In this document: in pieces, positions 1 through 9,507 of the stretch
Layout: the number at the start of each line of letters is the position of its first letter
Position numbering within the stretch: position 1 is the stretch's first letter
From: Myxococcota bacterium
Lineage (GTDB): Bacteria > Myxococcota_A > Polyangia > Polyangiales > Sandaracinaceae
Direction: 5' to 3'
DNA length: 27,334 nucleotides
Assembly: GCA_036149055.1 (NCBI GenBank)
Contig: JAYZQJ010000150.1
Coordinates: forward strand, 1 to 27,334
Position numbers and translations under genes: made by a program
Notes under the pieces: generated by a model
Database searches by the model: none
What the model saw: the letters and a program-made list of their open reading frames with translations, nothing else
What the model was told of the DNA's origin: nothing

Positions 1-1
1 C

Positions 2-196
2 GGCGGCGGCGGCGGCGGCGGCTCCGGAGGCCCGGGCGGCCCCGCCTACGGTGTGTTCACGCTCTCGACCGCGAGCACCAGCACCGGCAACACGATCTCG
101 ACCGGCAGCGGTGGGACGGGTGGCGCCGGCGGCGGCGGCCCGAGCCCGGCCCCCCGAGGCCCGGACGGCGCGAGCGGCAACACCTTCTCGCGCTAG
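2..196 (+). CDS. 3' end of a Gly-rich (PE-PGRS-like) protein, partial
   Basis: Frame 2 reads GGGGGGGSGGPGGPAYGVFTLSTASTSTGNTISTGSGGTGGAGGGGPSPAPRGPDGASGNTFSR, then TAG at 194-196. Mostly G/C third positions; converges on nadB. Confidence 0.75.
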   Translation, partial: GGGGGGGSGGPGGPAYGVFTLSTASTSTGNTISTGSGGTGGAGGGGPSPAPRGPDGASGNTFSR

Positions 197-206
197 CGCG
201 CCGCGC

Positions 207-1808
207 TCACTGCCCGCTGAGGTGGGGGGGCTCGCCGTGCACGATCAGGGTGTCCTTCGCGTACTCGGGGCGCGCGTCGGGGTAGTCGATCGTGTAGTGC
301 AGGCCGCGGCTCTCGCGGCGGGTGGCCGCGCAGGCGATGATCATCTCGGCGACGTCGGCGATGTTGCGCAGCTCCAGCAGGTCGCGCGTGACGAGGTGCT
401 CCCAGTAGTACTCGCGGATCTCGTCCTTCAGCAGCGCCACCCGGCGGGCCGCGCGTCGCAGGCGACGGTTGCTGCGCACGATGCCGACGTAGTTCCACAT
501 GAAGCGGCGGATCTCGTCCCAGTTCTGGGTGACGACGACCGCCTCGTCGCTCGGGACCGCGCTCCCCACGTCCCAGTCGGGCGGCTCCGCGAGGCGGTGC
601 TGCTGACGCACGTCCTTCAGCGCCACCGCGGCGCGCTTGCCGTAGACGAGGCCCTCGAGCAGGGAGTTCGACGCCAGGCGGTTGGCGCCGTGCAGGCCGG
701 TGCACGTGACCTCGCCGATGGCCCAGAGGCCGGGGACCTTGGTGGCGCCGTGCTCGTCCACCACCACGCCGCCGCACATGTAGTGCGCCGCCGGGACGAC
801 CGGGATCGGCTCCTGGGTCAGGTCGATGCCGTAGCGGAGGCAGGTCTCGTAGATGTTCGGGAAGCGATCGCGCAGGTAGCCCGCGTTCTTCGCCGTCATG
901 TCGAGGTACACGCACTCGGCGCCGGTGCGCTTCATCTCGTAGTCGATCGTGCGGGCGACGACGTCGCGCGGGGCGAGGTCCTTCATCGGGTGGTGGCGCT
1001 CCATGAACGCGTCGCCGTCCTCCAGCCGCAGGATCCCGCCCTCACCGCGCAGCGCCTCGCTGATGAGGAAGCTCTTCGCCTTCGGGTGGAACAGCGCGGT
1101 CGGGTGGAACTGGAAGAACTCCATGTTCGCGACCAGCGCCCCCGCCCGGTACGCCATCGCCACTCCGTCCCCCGTCGCGACGTCGGGGTTGGAGGTGTAG
1201 AGGTAGACCTTGCCGGCACCGCCGGTCGCGAGGACGGTGGTGCGCGAGACGAAGGTGTGGACCTCCCCCTTCGACTCCTCGAGCACGTAGGCGCCGGCCA
1301 CCTGGTGCGGCCCGCCGAACTTCGACAGCTCGATCAGGTCGACGGCCATGTGGTGCTCGTAGATGCGGATGTTGGGGTGAGCGATCGCGGCCGCGACCAG
1401 CACCCGCTGGACCTCCCGGCCGGTGATGTCGCCCGCGTGCACGACCCGGCGCGCGGTGTGGCCGCCCTCCCGGGTCAGGTCGAGCTCGTCCTCGCCCGCC
1501 TTGGCGTCGAAGCGCGCGCCGAGCTCGATCAGCTCGCGGATCCGGTCGGGCCCGTCCTCCACCACCAGCTCGACGATGCCGGGCTTGCTGAGGCCGTAGC
1601 CGACGTCGATGGTGTCCTGGGCGTGGGCCTCGAACGAGTCGTCCGGGTCCATGACCGCGGCGATGCCGCCCTGCGCCCAGTTCGTGTTGGTGTCGGCGAT
1701 GCCGCGCTTGGTGACGACGGCGACCTCCCCGTGGCGTGCCGCCTCGAGCGCGAAGGTCAGGCCCGAGATGCCGCTGCCGAGGACGAGGTAGTCGGACTGG
1801 ATGCGCAT
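207..1808 (-). CDS. nadB: L-aspartate oxidase
   Basis: FAD-binding VLGSGISG, then NTNWAQGGIAAV, TREGGH, LATGGAG, QFHPT, LISEALRGEG, LAPRDVVAR, VVPAAHYMCGG, GLHGANRLASNSLLEGLV and RRESRGLHY. AQGG lacks the covalent-FAD His of SdhA/FrdA. Confidence 0.96.
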   Translation of the reverse strand: MRIQSDYLVLGSGISGLTFALEAARHGEVAVVTKRGIADTNTNWAQGGIAAVMDPDDSFEAHAQDTIDVGYGLSKPGIVELVVEDGPDRIRELIELGARFDAKAGEDELDLTREGGHTARRVVHAGDITGREVQRVLVAAAIAHPNIRIYEHHMAVDLIELSKFGGPHQVAGAYVLEESKGEVHTFVSRTTVLATGGAGKVYLYTSNPDVATGDGVAMAYRAGALVANMEFFQFHPTALFHPKAKSFLISEALRGEGGILRLEDGDAFMERHHPMKDLAPRDVVARTIDYEMKRTGAECVYLDMTAKNAGYLRDRFPNIYETCLRYGIDLTQEPIPVVPAAHYMCGGVVVDEHGATKVPGLWAIGEVTCTGLHGANRLASNSLLEGLVYGKRAAVALKDVRQQHRLAEPPDWDVGSAVPSDEAVVVTQNWDEIRRFMWNYVGIVRSNRRLRRAARRVALLKDEIREYYWEHLVTRDLLELRNIADVAEMIIACAATRRESRGLHYTIDYPDARPEYAKDTLIVHGEPPHLSGQ

Positions 1809-1915
1809 TGGGGAAGGCTAGAGCCAAGCTCCCCGAACGGGAATATCTCTACGACCGACGACCGTCCCGTCTTTTGGCGCCGGCCGGCCCCGTCACCTAT
1901 CCTCGTCCTCGGACC

Positions 1916-2587
1916 ATGCGTCCCCTCCTCGCCATCTCCGCGTGCTTCGCGCTGTCGCTGCCGCTCGGGTCCGCCCGCGCGGACATCTACACGTACACGG
2001 ACGCCGACGGGGTCGTGCACTACAGCAACACCCCGCCGCCGCGGGCGCGTGGGGTGCGCCGGATCCGCACCGCGCCGCGCCCCGAATCGGGGCCGGAGGC
2101 GGCGCCGCGGCCCGCGCGCCGGGGGCCCTCTCGCGGCGACGCCTCCCGCTACCGCCGCTTCGACGCGCACATCCGCGAGGCCGCCGCCCTCTACCGGCTG
2201 CCCGAGTCGTTCCTGCGCGCGGTGATCAAGGTGGAGAGCGACTACAACCCGGAGGTCGTCAGCCACGCCGGCGCCTCGGGGCTGATGCAGCTGATGCCGG
2301 CGACCGCGGCCCGCATGGGCGTGACCGACGTCTTCGACCCGCGGCAGAACATCCTCGGCGGCGCGCGCTATCTCCGCCTGCTCGCGAACCACTTCAACGG
2401 CGACCTGGTCCTGACGGTCGCGGCGTACAACGCCGGCGAAGGCGCGGTGATGCGCTACCGCGGCATCCCGCCCTACGCAGAGACCCAGCGCTACGTCCGG
2501 CGCGTGCTCCGCCACTACTACAACTTCCTCGAGGCCGAGGGGCAGGGCCCGGGCGCGATCGTGCGGGCCGCCGCTCAGCCGCGCTGA
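1916..2587 (+). CDS. Secreted lytic transglycosylase (SLT domain) with N-terminal DUF4124-like segment
   Basis: Signal peptide MRPLLAISACFALSLPLGSARA; ADIYTYTDADGVVHYSNTP (DUF4124-like); SLT motifs AVIKVESDYNP, GASGLMQLMP, NILGGARYL, AAYNAGEG and PPYAETQRYV. Start set at ATG 1916 inside ORF 1736..2587. Confidence 0.93.
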   Translation: MRPLLAISACFALSLPLGSARADIYTYTDADGVVHYSNTPPPRARGVRRIRTAPRPESGPEAAPRPARRGPSRGDASRYRRFDAHIREAAALYRLPESFLRAVIKVESDYNPEVVSHAGASGLMQLMPATAARMGVTDVFDPRQNILGGARYLRLLANHFNGDLVLTVAAYNAGEGAVMRYRGIPPYAETQRYVRRVLRHYYNFLEAEGQGPGAIVRAAAQPR

Positions 2588-3564
2588 AGCGCGAGGCGGC
2601 ACAGCTCCGAGGGCCGGTCCGGGTCGTCGGCGTCGGTCAGCGCCCACCCCCGATCGCCCTCGACCAGGAGCGCCTCGAGCTTGCGCAGCGACGGCGCGCC
2701 GTCGGCCTCGCGCACCGGCCCCCACACGATCCGGCCGCCCTCGACGAGGCCAATCCGCGCGCCGCGCACCGGGCCGTCCCGGACCGCGTCGGGCGAGTCC
2801 TCCGCGCCGGCGAGGAACCAGACCCGGGCTCCGTCGCTCGCCGCGTCCGTGAAGCCGTAGGGCACGGCGCCCTCGCGCCCCAGGTCGACGGTGCGGGCGG
2901 CGCGGATCGGCGGCGGCGGGCCGCCCTCGAGGTGCCCCAGCAGCGCGTCGAGGGGGAGCTCGGCGATCGCGCTCACCGGCTCGAGCCCGCCCCGCGGCGC
3001 GCCGTTGCCGCGCTGGAAGAGCCAGATCGCGTCGCCCACCACCGCCGCGCCTTCGACGTTGAGCTCCGAGCCGGCGAAGTCGAGCCGCGCCCGCAGGCGA
3101 TCGTAGAGCGGGGTCGCGTCGACGAGGCGCGCCCGGGACGCCTCGGGGTCCACGATCGCGATCGAGGTCCGGCGCGGCCCCGAGCCCGAGCCGAAGAGCA
3201 GGCCTCGCCCGTCCGGCAGGGCGACCGCGGCCTCGAGGTCGGGCTTGTCGTCCCGGTTGCCGAGCCGCTCCTCGAACACGCGCCCGCCGTCGGGCCCGGG
3301 CGGCAGGGGGATCGCGTCGAGGGCGCCGTCCGGGCGGCGCACCGCGATCCAGGCGAGGTCGTCCTGCGCGATCACCCAGCCGCCCCGGAGCGCCGCGATC
3401 CCCGACGCGGCCCGCACGAAGCCGGGGCGGTCGCCCCGCGGCGCCGGGTAGCGGAGCGGCTCGCACGCGACCACCCGGGCCGAGAGGCCGAGGCCGGGCT
3501 CGGCGACGGTGGGCCCGGGGACGTGGCAGGCGGAGAGCAGGACGAGGGCGATCGCGGTGCGCAT
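2575..3564 (-). CDS. Probable lipoprotein, DUF6910/DUF6929-like beta-propeller
   Basis: Lipobox-like MRTAIALVLLSAC; motifs ASG, QDD, KPDLEA, FGSGS, LNVEGA, FQRGN, AEDSPDAVRDG, KLEAL and TDADDPDRPS. The 3' end overlaps the SLT gene by 13 nt. Confidence 0.7.
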   Translation of the reverse strand: MRTAIALVLLSACHVPGPTVAEPGLGLSARVVACEPLRYPAPRGDRPGFVRAASGIAALRGGWVIAQDDLAWIAVRRPDGALDAIPLPPGPDGGRVFEERLGNRDDKPDLEAAVALPDGRGLLFGSGSGPRRTSIAIVDPEASRARLVDATPLYDRLRARLDFAGSELNVEGAAVVGDAIWLFQRGNGAPRGGLEPVSAIAELPLDALLGHLEGGPPPPIRAARTVDLGREGAVPYGFTDAASDGARVWFLAGAEDSPDAVRDGPVRGARIGLVEGGRIVWGPVREADGAPSLRKLEALLVEGDRGWALTDADDPDRPSELCRLALQRG

Positions 3565-3602
3565 CTTTCGCTCCCCCGATGCTTTCGCATAGGATGAGCC
3601 CG

Positions 3603-4190
3603 ATGCGTACCTGGCTGCTGATCGGGCTGCTCGCCCTCCCCTCCACCGCACTCGCGCAGGAGACCGCGGGCGGCGAGGCCCCTCGCCCGGGCGCCGACGC
3701 CTACACCCAGCGCACCCAGGCGGGCATCGCGCTCCTCACCGGCGGTGACACCCCGGGGGCGCTCGCCGCGTTCCGGGAGGCGATCGAGATGGACGGCGGG
3801 CGCCCGATGGCGCCCTACTACGTGGCCGCGGCCCAGCGCATGAGCGGCGAGCTCGACGCGGCCCTCACCGGCTTCCAGCAGGCGGCGGCGCTGGCCGAGG
3901 CGGCGAACGCGCCCCGCTGGCGGGCCCGCGCGCTCCAGGGCGTGGCCGACACGCTCGAGCGCATGGAGGGCCGGATCCAGGACGCGCGGAGCGCGTGGCA
4001 GGCCTACATCGCCTTCGCCGACGCGAACCAGGCGGTCGCCTTCCCCCAGATGGGGCGGGCGCACCTCGCGGCCATCGATCGCGTCCTCGAGCAGGAGGGC
4101 GCCTACGGGGACGTGCGCGAGCGCATCGCGGCGCGCGAGCGCGAGCTGGCCGAAGAGGCGCAGGAGAGCACCCGCAGCCGCCGACGCTGA
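3603..4190 (+). CDS. Secreted TPR-like helical protein
   Basis: Signal peptide MRTWLLIGLLALPSTALAQ; TPR-like segments GDTPGALAAFREAIEMD, GELDAALTGFQQA and GRIQDARSAWQAY. Alternative start at 3594. Confidence 0.7.
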   Translation: MRTWLLIGLLALPSTALAQETAGGEAPRPGADAYTQRTQAGIALLTGGDTPGALAAFREAIEMDGGRPMAPYYVAAAQRMSGELDAALTGFQQAAALAEAANAPRWRARALQGVADTLERMEGRIQDARSAWQAYIAFADANQAVAFPQMGRAHLAAIDRVLEQEGAYGDVRERIAARERELAEEAQESTRSRRR

Positions 4191-4212
4191 TCGGCCGCGT
4201 GCGGCCGCCGAT

Positions 4213-4299
4213 CGTGCGACGAGCGCACGAGCGATCGTGGCATCACGCCACGCCGATCGCCCGGCGCACCCGAGGGAGAGGGCCTGGCACGCCGCTTGA
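4213..4299 (+). promoter_or_regulatory. Putative sigma54 promoter with tandem palindromic upstream activator sites
   Basis: TGGCAC-GCCGC-TTGA at 4285-4299 (consensus TGGCAC-N5-TTGC), 17 nt before ATG 4317. Upstream palindromes CGTGCG-N5-CGCACG (4213-4229) and CGTGGC-N5-GCCACG (4236-4252). Confidence 0.55.
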
Positions 4300-4316
4300 C
4301 CCTTCTCCGGGGTGAC

Positions 4317-4916
4317 ATGCGAACCCCCACCTTCATGACGAGCACCCTGCTCGCCCTCGCGCTCGCCGCGCCCGCCGCCGCCCAGGAGGCCGAGCCGCGC
4401 GAGATGCCGTTCCAGAACGTCGAGTGGCGAGACGTGCGCGACGAGCGCAACGACCTGTTCACCCTCCGCGACATCCGCGACCAGTGGAACCGCGCGGTCG
4501 CCACCCGTGACCGCGTCCAGGAGCGCGTCGCCGATCGGCGGCTCCGCGACTGGCTCGACCGGGAGCTGCGCGAGGACGTGCGCGAGCTCCGCGAGTCCCG
4601 CCGCGAGACCCGTGAGGCCCGCTACGAGGCGGCCGACACCAACCTGATCGACGACCGCCTCGACGTGCGCGACGACGAGCACGACGAGGCCCGAGCCCTG
4701 GCCGACCTCAGGACCACGCGGCGCCTGATCCGCGAGCTCGGCGAGCTGCAGCATCACTTCGATCGCCGCACCGCCACCACCGCCCTCTACGCGCGGAAGC
4801 GCGGGATGATCGAGCGCCTGATCCGCCTCGCCGAGGACGAGCACCGGATGGCGCAGCGCGAGGCGCAGGAGGACCGCGAGGAGTACCTCGAGGACGTCAC
4901 CCCGCGCCGCATCTGA
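4317..4916 (+). CDS. Secreted, highly charged helical (coiled-coil) hypothetical protein
   Basis: Signal peptide MRTPTFMTSTLLALALAAPAAAQ; R/D/E-rich helical body; typical high-GC3 codon use. Confidence 0.75.
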   Translation: MRTPTFMTSTLLALALAAPAAAQEAEPREMPFQNVEWRDVRDERNDLFTLRDIRDQWNRAVATRDRVQERVADRRLRDWLDRELREDVRELRESRRETREARYEAADTNLIDDRLDVRDDEHDEARALADLRTTRRLIRELGELQHHFDRRTATTALYARKRGMIERLIRLAEDEHRMAQREAQEDREEYLEDVTPRRI

Positions 4917-4925
4917 GCGCGCCCG

Positions 4926-4969
4926 GAAAAGAGAACGGGGCCCCATCGAGCGATGGGACCCCGTCTCTC
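4926..4969 (-). terminator. Intrinsic terminator hairpin between convergent genes
   Basis: GAGAACGGGGCCCCATCG (4931-4948) pairs imperfectly with CGATGGGACCCCGTCTCTC (4951-4969). GAAAA at 4926-4930 gives a U-run on the minus strand. Possibly bidirectional. Confidence 0.7.
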
Positions 4970-4986
4970 GTTCCGTCGTGCGGCCG

Positions 4987-7893
4987 TCAGCGAGGCACGA
5001 AGCGGAGCTCGGACTCGACGTGCGCGTCGACGTCGGCCTGGTCGAAGTAGAGCGGCGGCTGCTCGTTGCGGCGCCACAGCTCCGCCTCGTCGGCGTGATG
5101 CGGGCTCGCGACGTCCTCGCTCTGCCCGCCCGGGAGCGCGTTGAACGGGCGCGGGCCATCGGCGGTCATCTCCACCACCAGCCGCTGCGAGGCGCCGCTG
5201 CCGTGGGTGAAGCGCTCGCCGCCCCACATCGAGTAGTTGCCCACGTCGACGGCGCCGTAGTCGCCGTGCCGCGGGAAGCCGATCGGGAACTCCTCGGAGC
5301 CCACCGGCGGGATGGACACGATGCCGCGATCGGAGAGCGGCGGGACGATCTGGCTGAAGCGCACCGCGTGCAGCCGGCCCCAGCGCCACTCGCCCGGGTC
5401 CGCGCCGAGGCTGCTCTCGAGCCACTCCATCGCGGCGAGCACGGCCGTGACCACCCGCTCGTCGCGGGTCTCGATCACCGCGTCGGTGGTGATGTCGTCC
5501 CAGAGCACGGTGTCCGCCCAGCCGATCTGGCCGAGGTAGTCCTCGCGGAAGGTGTAGAGCGGCAGGCTGCGCTGGGTCTCGGCGTCGGCGAGCGCCCACT
5601 CCAGCATGCGCGCGGTCTGGCTCGAGCCCGGCCGGCGACCGATCGCGTCGGCCTCGTCGCCGAACGCGAGCGCGCTGAGCCGGGTGACGGTGGCGTTGAA
5701 GATCGAGGTGGCCACGCTGTCGGCGATCACGTCGGCGTCGGTGGCGCCCACGGCGTGCGGGGTCTCGAGCGACCAGGCCATCAGCCGCTCCCGCGCGGCG
5801 GTCAGCGCCGCCTCGCCGTCCGTCCCGGCGGTGGTCATCACCGCGAGCAGCGCCGGGTCGTCCGAGGGATCGGTCAGCGCGTGATCGATCGCGGCGACGA
5901 TCGGGTCACGCATCGTGCTGCCGAGCGAAGAGCGGGTCTCCGCCTGCAGCGCGATCATGTCGTCGGTCGTGATGCCGCCGGCCCCGACGAGCTCGTCGAG
6001 CCGCTCGACGATGCGCCCCATGCGGTAGCCGACCGCGAAGTCGCCGCCGATGTAGTGCGCGTCGTTGCAGGGGTTGCCGTCCTGGGTGACCGGCACGTTG
6101 GCCTGGTTCGCGGTGGCGATGTAGCCGCGCGACGGGTTCACGTCGTGGGGGATGAAGCGGTCCTCGAGCGGATCGGTCCACTCGAAGCCGCCCTGGCCCG
6201 GCAGGACGTAGAGCGGCGAGACGCCGGTGATGGTGCCGTTGGACTGCACCGCGAAGCTGCACGCCGCCGCGTCGCGCTGCGGGATGCGCGACTGGGTCGA
6301 CCAGCCGATGTCGCCCGCCCGGCTGACGAAGCTGAAGTTCTGCGCCCCGACCTCGAAGGCGTCCTGGGCGGCGAAGGCGTCGTCGACGCTCGTCGAGGTG
6401 AGCAGGCCGACGAAGAACGCCAGCTCGTTCGAGACGTCCTGGCCGGTGTAGCGGACCGAGAGGCCGCGGCCGACCTCCATCGCCCCGGTGGCCGGGCTGG
6501 CCACGTCCGGCGGGACGAGCGCGTCCGGGATGAGCGGGCCGTGGTGAGGCACCACGTAGATGGGCTGCTCGATCGGGTCGGCGCCGGCGACGCGGATCGT
6601 CTCGGTGATCACCGTGACCGCGACCTGCGCGCTCTCGAAGGTGACGCTGACCGGGACCCACGCCGGGGCCTCGGGCGTGCCGTCGTTCCGGAAGGTGACC
6701 TCCTCGTCGTAGACGTCGGTCACGTCGTAGCCGGTGGTGGTGGCGCTCCAGGCGAGGTCGCGGTTGTAGCCGAGCACCACGCCGGGGAGCGCGGCGAAGG
6801 CGACGCCCTGCGCGTCGATCTCGAGCTCCCCGCCCATGCGCGCGGTGTTCAGGTGCACGTACCACCAGACGCCGGGGCTGATCAGCGAGAGGTGCGGGTC
6901 GTTCGAGAGGATCGGCTGACCGCTCTCGGTGTGGTCGCCGTGCACGACCCAGCTGTTGGAGCCCATGTGCGGGTCACGCCGGAAGAGCGGGTTCCGGTCG
7001 AGGCGCGCGTAGAACGCCTCGGCCCCGTCGAGCTGCGCGACCGAGGGCAGCGTCAGATCGGCCGGCGGGCGCGGGCGGCGGATCGGCGGCAGGAGCGCGG
7101 TGGTGCTGCCGTCGTTGAAGTCGGGGCGGGTGTAGACGTCCCGCGCCTGTCGCTCCGACCAGAAGTCCGCGTAGACGCCCGCGCGCGAGGCGACGCGCTC
7201 GTCGAGGCTGGTCGGATCGAACGCGGCGCGCGCCCCCGCGAGGGCCGCCGTGCGCGAGATGTCGGCGCCGGCGTCGTAGCTCAGGTTGAAGGACTGGAAG
7301 CGCGCGATCGCGAAGATGTCGGCGGGATCCCAGTGCCCGAAGTTCGGGCTCGTGCGGATGACGTTGAAGAGCTCGAGGCCCTCGGTCGGCAGGTAGTCGT
7401 CCGCCCCGATGACCTCGTCGATGTAGAGGTTGATGCCCTCGACGAACGCCTCCGCCACCAGGCGGGTCCGGTCGGTCTCGGGGAGGCTCTCGTAGATCGC
7501 GCGGCCCTGGCGCTGGAAGCCGAGGAAGCGGGAGTCGCGGTCGTCGTCGACGGTGCTCGGCTCGAGCCCGCCGAGGACCTCGCCGAGGGTGCCGAGCACG
7601 CTGCGACGGAGGAACTCCATCTGGACGAAGCGGTCGCGGCTCATCAGGTAGCCCTGCACGACCATCAGATCGTGGACCGTCGTCGCGTAGATGTGCGGCA
7701 TGCCGCGATCGTCGATCACCACCTCGACCTCACCGTCGAGGCCGGGCAGGTCGATGTCGTCCATCGTCATCGGTCCGGCGTCCCCGGGCCCCGCGTCGCT
7801 CGGCCCGGCGTCCACGCCGGCGTCGTCCGCGGGCGCGCCGTCGTCACAGCCGAACCCGATCATCGCCGCTACGAGGAGCAGCACCCATCGCAT
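4987..7893 (-). CDS. Penicillin acylase family (peptidase S45, Ntn-hydrolase) lipoprotein
   Basis: Lipobox MRWVLLLVAAMIGFGC; PGLDGEVEVVIDDRGMPHIYA; QGYLMSRDRFVQMEFLRR; catalytic beta-subunit start GSNSWVV...PILSNDPHL; GYIATAN; WRWGRLH; LPGGQS. Confidence 0.93.
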   Translation of the reverse strand: MRWVLLLVAAMIGFGCDDGAPADDAGVDAGPSDAGPGDAGPMTMDDIDLPGLDGEVEVVIDDRGMPHIYATTVHDLMVVQGYLMSRDRFVQMEFLRRSVLGTLGEVLGGLEPSTVDDDRDSRFLGFQRQGRAIYESLPETDRTRLVAEAFVEGINLYIDEVIGADDYLPTEGLELFNVIRTSPNFGHWDPADIFAIARFQSFNLSYDAGADISRTAALAGARAAFDPTSLDERVASRAGVYADFWSERQARDVYTRPDFNDGSTTALLPPIRRPRPPADLTLPSVAQLDGAEAFYARLDRNPLFRRDPHMGSNSWVVHGDHTESGQPILSNDPHLSLISPGVWWYVHLNTARMGGELEIDAQGVAFAALPGVVLGYNRDLAWSATTTGYDVTDVYDEEVTFRNDGTPEAPAWVPVSVTFESAQVAVTVITETIRVAGADPIEQPIYVVPHHGPLIPDALVPPDVASPATGAMEVGRGLSVRYTGQDVSNELAFFVGLLTSTSVDDAFAAQDAFEVGAQNFSFVSRAGDIGWSTQSRIPQRDAAACSFAVQSNGTITGVSPLYVLPGQGGFEWTDPLEDRFIPHDVNPSRGYIATANQANVPVTQDGNPCNDAHYIGGDFAVGYRMGRIVERLDELVGAGGITTDDMIALQAETRSSLGSTMRDPIVAAIDHALTDPSDDPALLAVMTTAGTDGEAALTAARERLMAWSLETPHAVGATDADVIADSVATSIFNATVTRLSALAFGDEADAIGRRPGSSQTARMLEWALADAETQRSLPLYTFREDYLGQIGWADTVLWDDITTDAVIETRDERVVTAVLAAMEWLESSLGADPGEWRWGRLHAVRFSQIVPPLSDRGIVSIPPVGSEEFPIGFPRHGDYGAVDVGNYSMWGGERFTHGSGASQRLVVEMTADGPRPFNALPGGQSEDVASPHHADEAELWRRNEQPPLYFDQADVDAHVESELRFVPR

Positions 7894-7997
7894 CTCTCCA
7901 GCCATCCCAAGTCCCCTTCCCGCAGCGCGCACCGCGGCCGCGAAAGCGACCGGGAGGGTAAACCGAGCCGCGTCCTCGTGCACGGACCGGATCGGGG

Positions 7998-9440
7998 ATG
8001 CGCACCGGGCCGCATGGGCTATTCTCGCGCGCCGTGCCCGGAGAGCCCAACGCGCTGGAGCTTTCGGCGCCCGAGGTGAAGGCGCCTCGCGCGCGTCGCT
8101 GGCTGGTGCCGCTGATCGTCTTCGCGGTCACCGCGCTGACCTACGTGCTCGTCGCCGGGCCGCGCACCGAGGCCCCCTCGCCCAACAACCACTTCGCCCA
8201 CCTGGCCGAGAGCTGGCTGAACGGCGAGCTGGCGGTGCTCGGCGGGCGGCCCCCCGGCTTCAACGACTGGGCCTGCGTCGACACCCAGACCGGCGAGGTC
8301 TGCCCGCAGCAGGCCTACCACCGGGCCGACGACCGCTACCGCTGGTACGTCTCCTTCCCGCCCTTCCCCGCCGCGGTGCTCGCGCCGGCGGTCGCGATCT
8401 TCGGGACCGAGTTCTCGGACCCGCTCTTCTGGGCGCTCTTCGCCGGGCTCGCGCCCGCCTTCCTCTACGTGCTGCTGCGCCGGCTGCGCGAGGAGGAGCT
8501 CAGCCCCCGCTCGCCGCGCGAGGACCTGAGCCTGGTCGCCGTCTTCGCCTTCGGCAGCGTCTACTTCTTCACGAGCGTGCAGGGCTCGGTGTGGTTCAGC
8601 GCCCAGGTCGTCGCGTCGCTGCTCCTCGTCCTCTTCCTCTACTTCAGCATCGGCCTGCGCCACCCGCTGCTCGCCGGGCTGATGCTCGGCTTCTGCTTCA
8701 TGACCCGCCCGAGCACCGCGCCGTGGGCCATCTTCTTCGCGCTCGAGGCGATGCGGGCCCACCGCCTCGAGGCCCGCGGCCTGCCGGAGGACGCCTCGAT
8801 CTGGCGGCGCGCCTGGCGATGGATCGCCGAGACCGACTGGCCGCGGATCGTGAAGCCGTGCCTGATCTTCGCCGCGCCGATCCTCGCGGTCGGGGCGGTC
8901 GCGATGTGGATGAACGAGGCCCGCTTCGGCAGCCCGTTCGAGTTCGGCCACGAGTTCCTGATGATCCGGTGGCGCCCCCGCATCGAGAAGTGGGGCCTGT
9001 TCAACTTCCACTACTTCGCGAAGAACCTCGCGGTGATGCTCGCCGCGTTCCCGTGGCTGAGCGCCCTGCCGCCCTACGTGATGATCAGCCGCCACGGGCT
9101 CGCGCTCTGGATCACCTCGCCCAACTTGTTACCGGCGTTCTGGCCGAAGAAGGTGACGCCGTTGATGGTGGGCCTCTTCGTGGGGACCACGCTCGTGGCG
9201 ATCCTCGACCTCTGCTACCAGAACAGCGGCTGGGTGCAGTTCGGCTACCGGTTCAGCCTGGACTACATGCCCGCGCTCATCCTGCTGCTCGCGCTCGGCG
9301 GGCGCCGCTTCGGGGTGGGCTTCCACCTGCTGCTCGTGTTCGCGATCGCGGTGAACGCCTTCGGCGCGATCACGTTCGACCGAGCGCACGCTTTCTACGA
9401 CGACGACGGAACGCAGGAGCGGATCTTCCAGCCCGACTGA
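7998..9440 (+). CDS. Polytopic membrane protein, GT-C-fold glycosyltransferase-like
   Basis: About 10 or more hydrophobic segments; a large loop after TM1 ending YVSFPPFPA; TRP motif; C-terminal GWVQFGYRFSLDY. Start uncertain (ATG 7998 or GTG 8034). GT-C assignment is inference. Confidence 0.6.
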   Translation: MRTGPHGLFSRAVPGEPNALELSAPEVKAPRARRWLVPLIVFAVTALTYVLVAGPRTEAPSPNNHFAHLAESWLNGELAVLGGRPPGFNDWACVDTQTGEVCPQQAYHRADDRYRWYVSFPPFPAAVLAPAVAIFGTEFSDPLFWALFAGLAPAFLYVLLRRLREEELSPRSPREDLSLVAVFAFGSVYFFTSVQGSVWFSAQVVASLLLVLFLYFSIGLRHPLLAGLMLGFCFMTRPSTAPWAIFFALEAMRAHRLEARGLPEDASIWRRAWRWIAETDWPRIVKPCLIFAAPILAVGAVAMWMNEARFGSPFEFGHEFLMIRWRPRIEKWGLFNFHYFAKNLAVMLAAFPWLSALPPYVMISRHGLALWITSPNLLPAFWPKKVTPLMVGLFVGTTLVAILDLCYQNSGWVQFGYRFSLDYMPALILLLALGGRRFGVGFHLLLVFAIAVNAFGAITFDRAHAFYDDDGTQERIFQPD

Positions 9441-9507
9441 TGGCCCGGCCCTCGGGAGCGTGGTATCCCATCGAGGCGGCGGGGGCCGACGGGGAGGGGG
9501 ATCGAGA

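Noticed and set aside
1..22. (GGC)n run as a contingency microsatellite; likewise the Gly run at ~16051-16074
   Set aside because: In-frame poly-Gly coding sequence; length changes would not shift the frame.
207..1808. sdhA/frdA assignment
   Set aside because: It lacks the covalent-FAD His, has no sdh/frd partner genes, and its length and motifs fit NadB.
51..2225. 724-aa + strand ORF and similar long ORFs (4978..8079, 9370..11745, 13528..16230, 22804..24669, 24219..25868, 25622..27100 and others)
   Set aside because: Antisense or off-frame shadows of real genes, expected in very high-GC DNA. They have R/A/G/P-rich low-complexity composition and no motifs.
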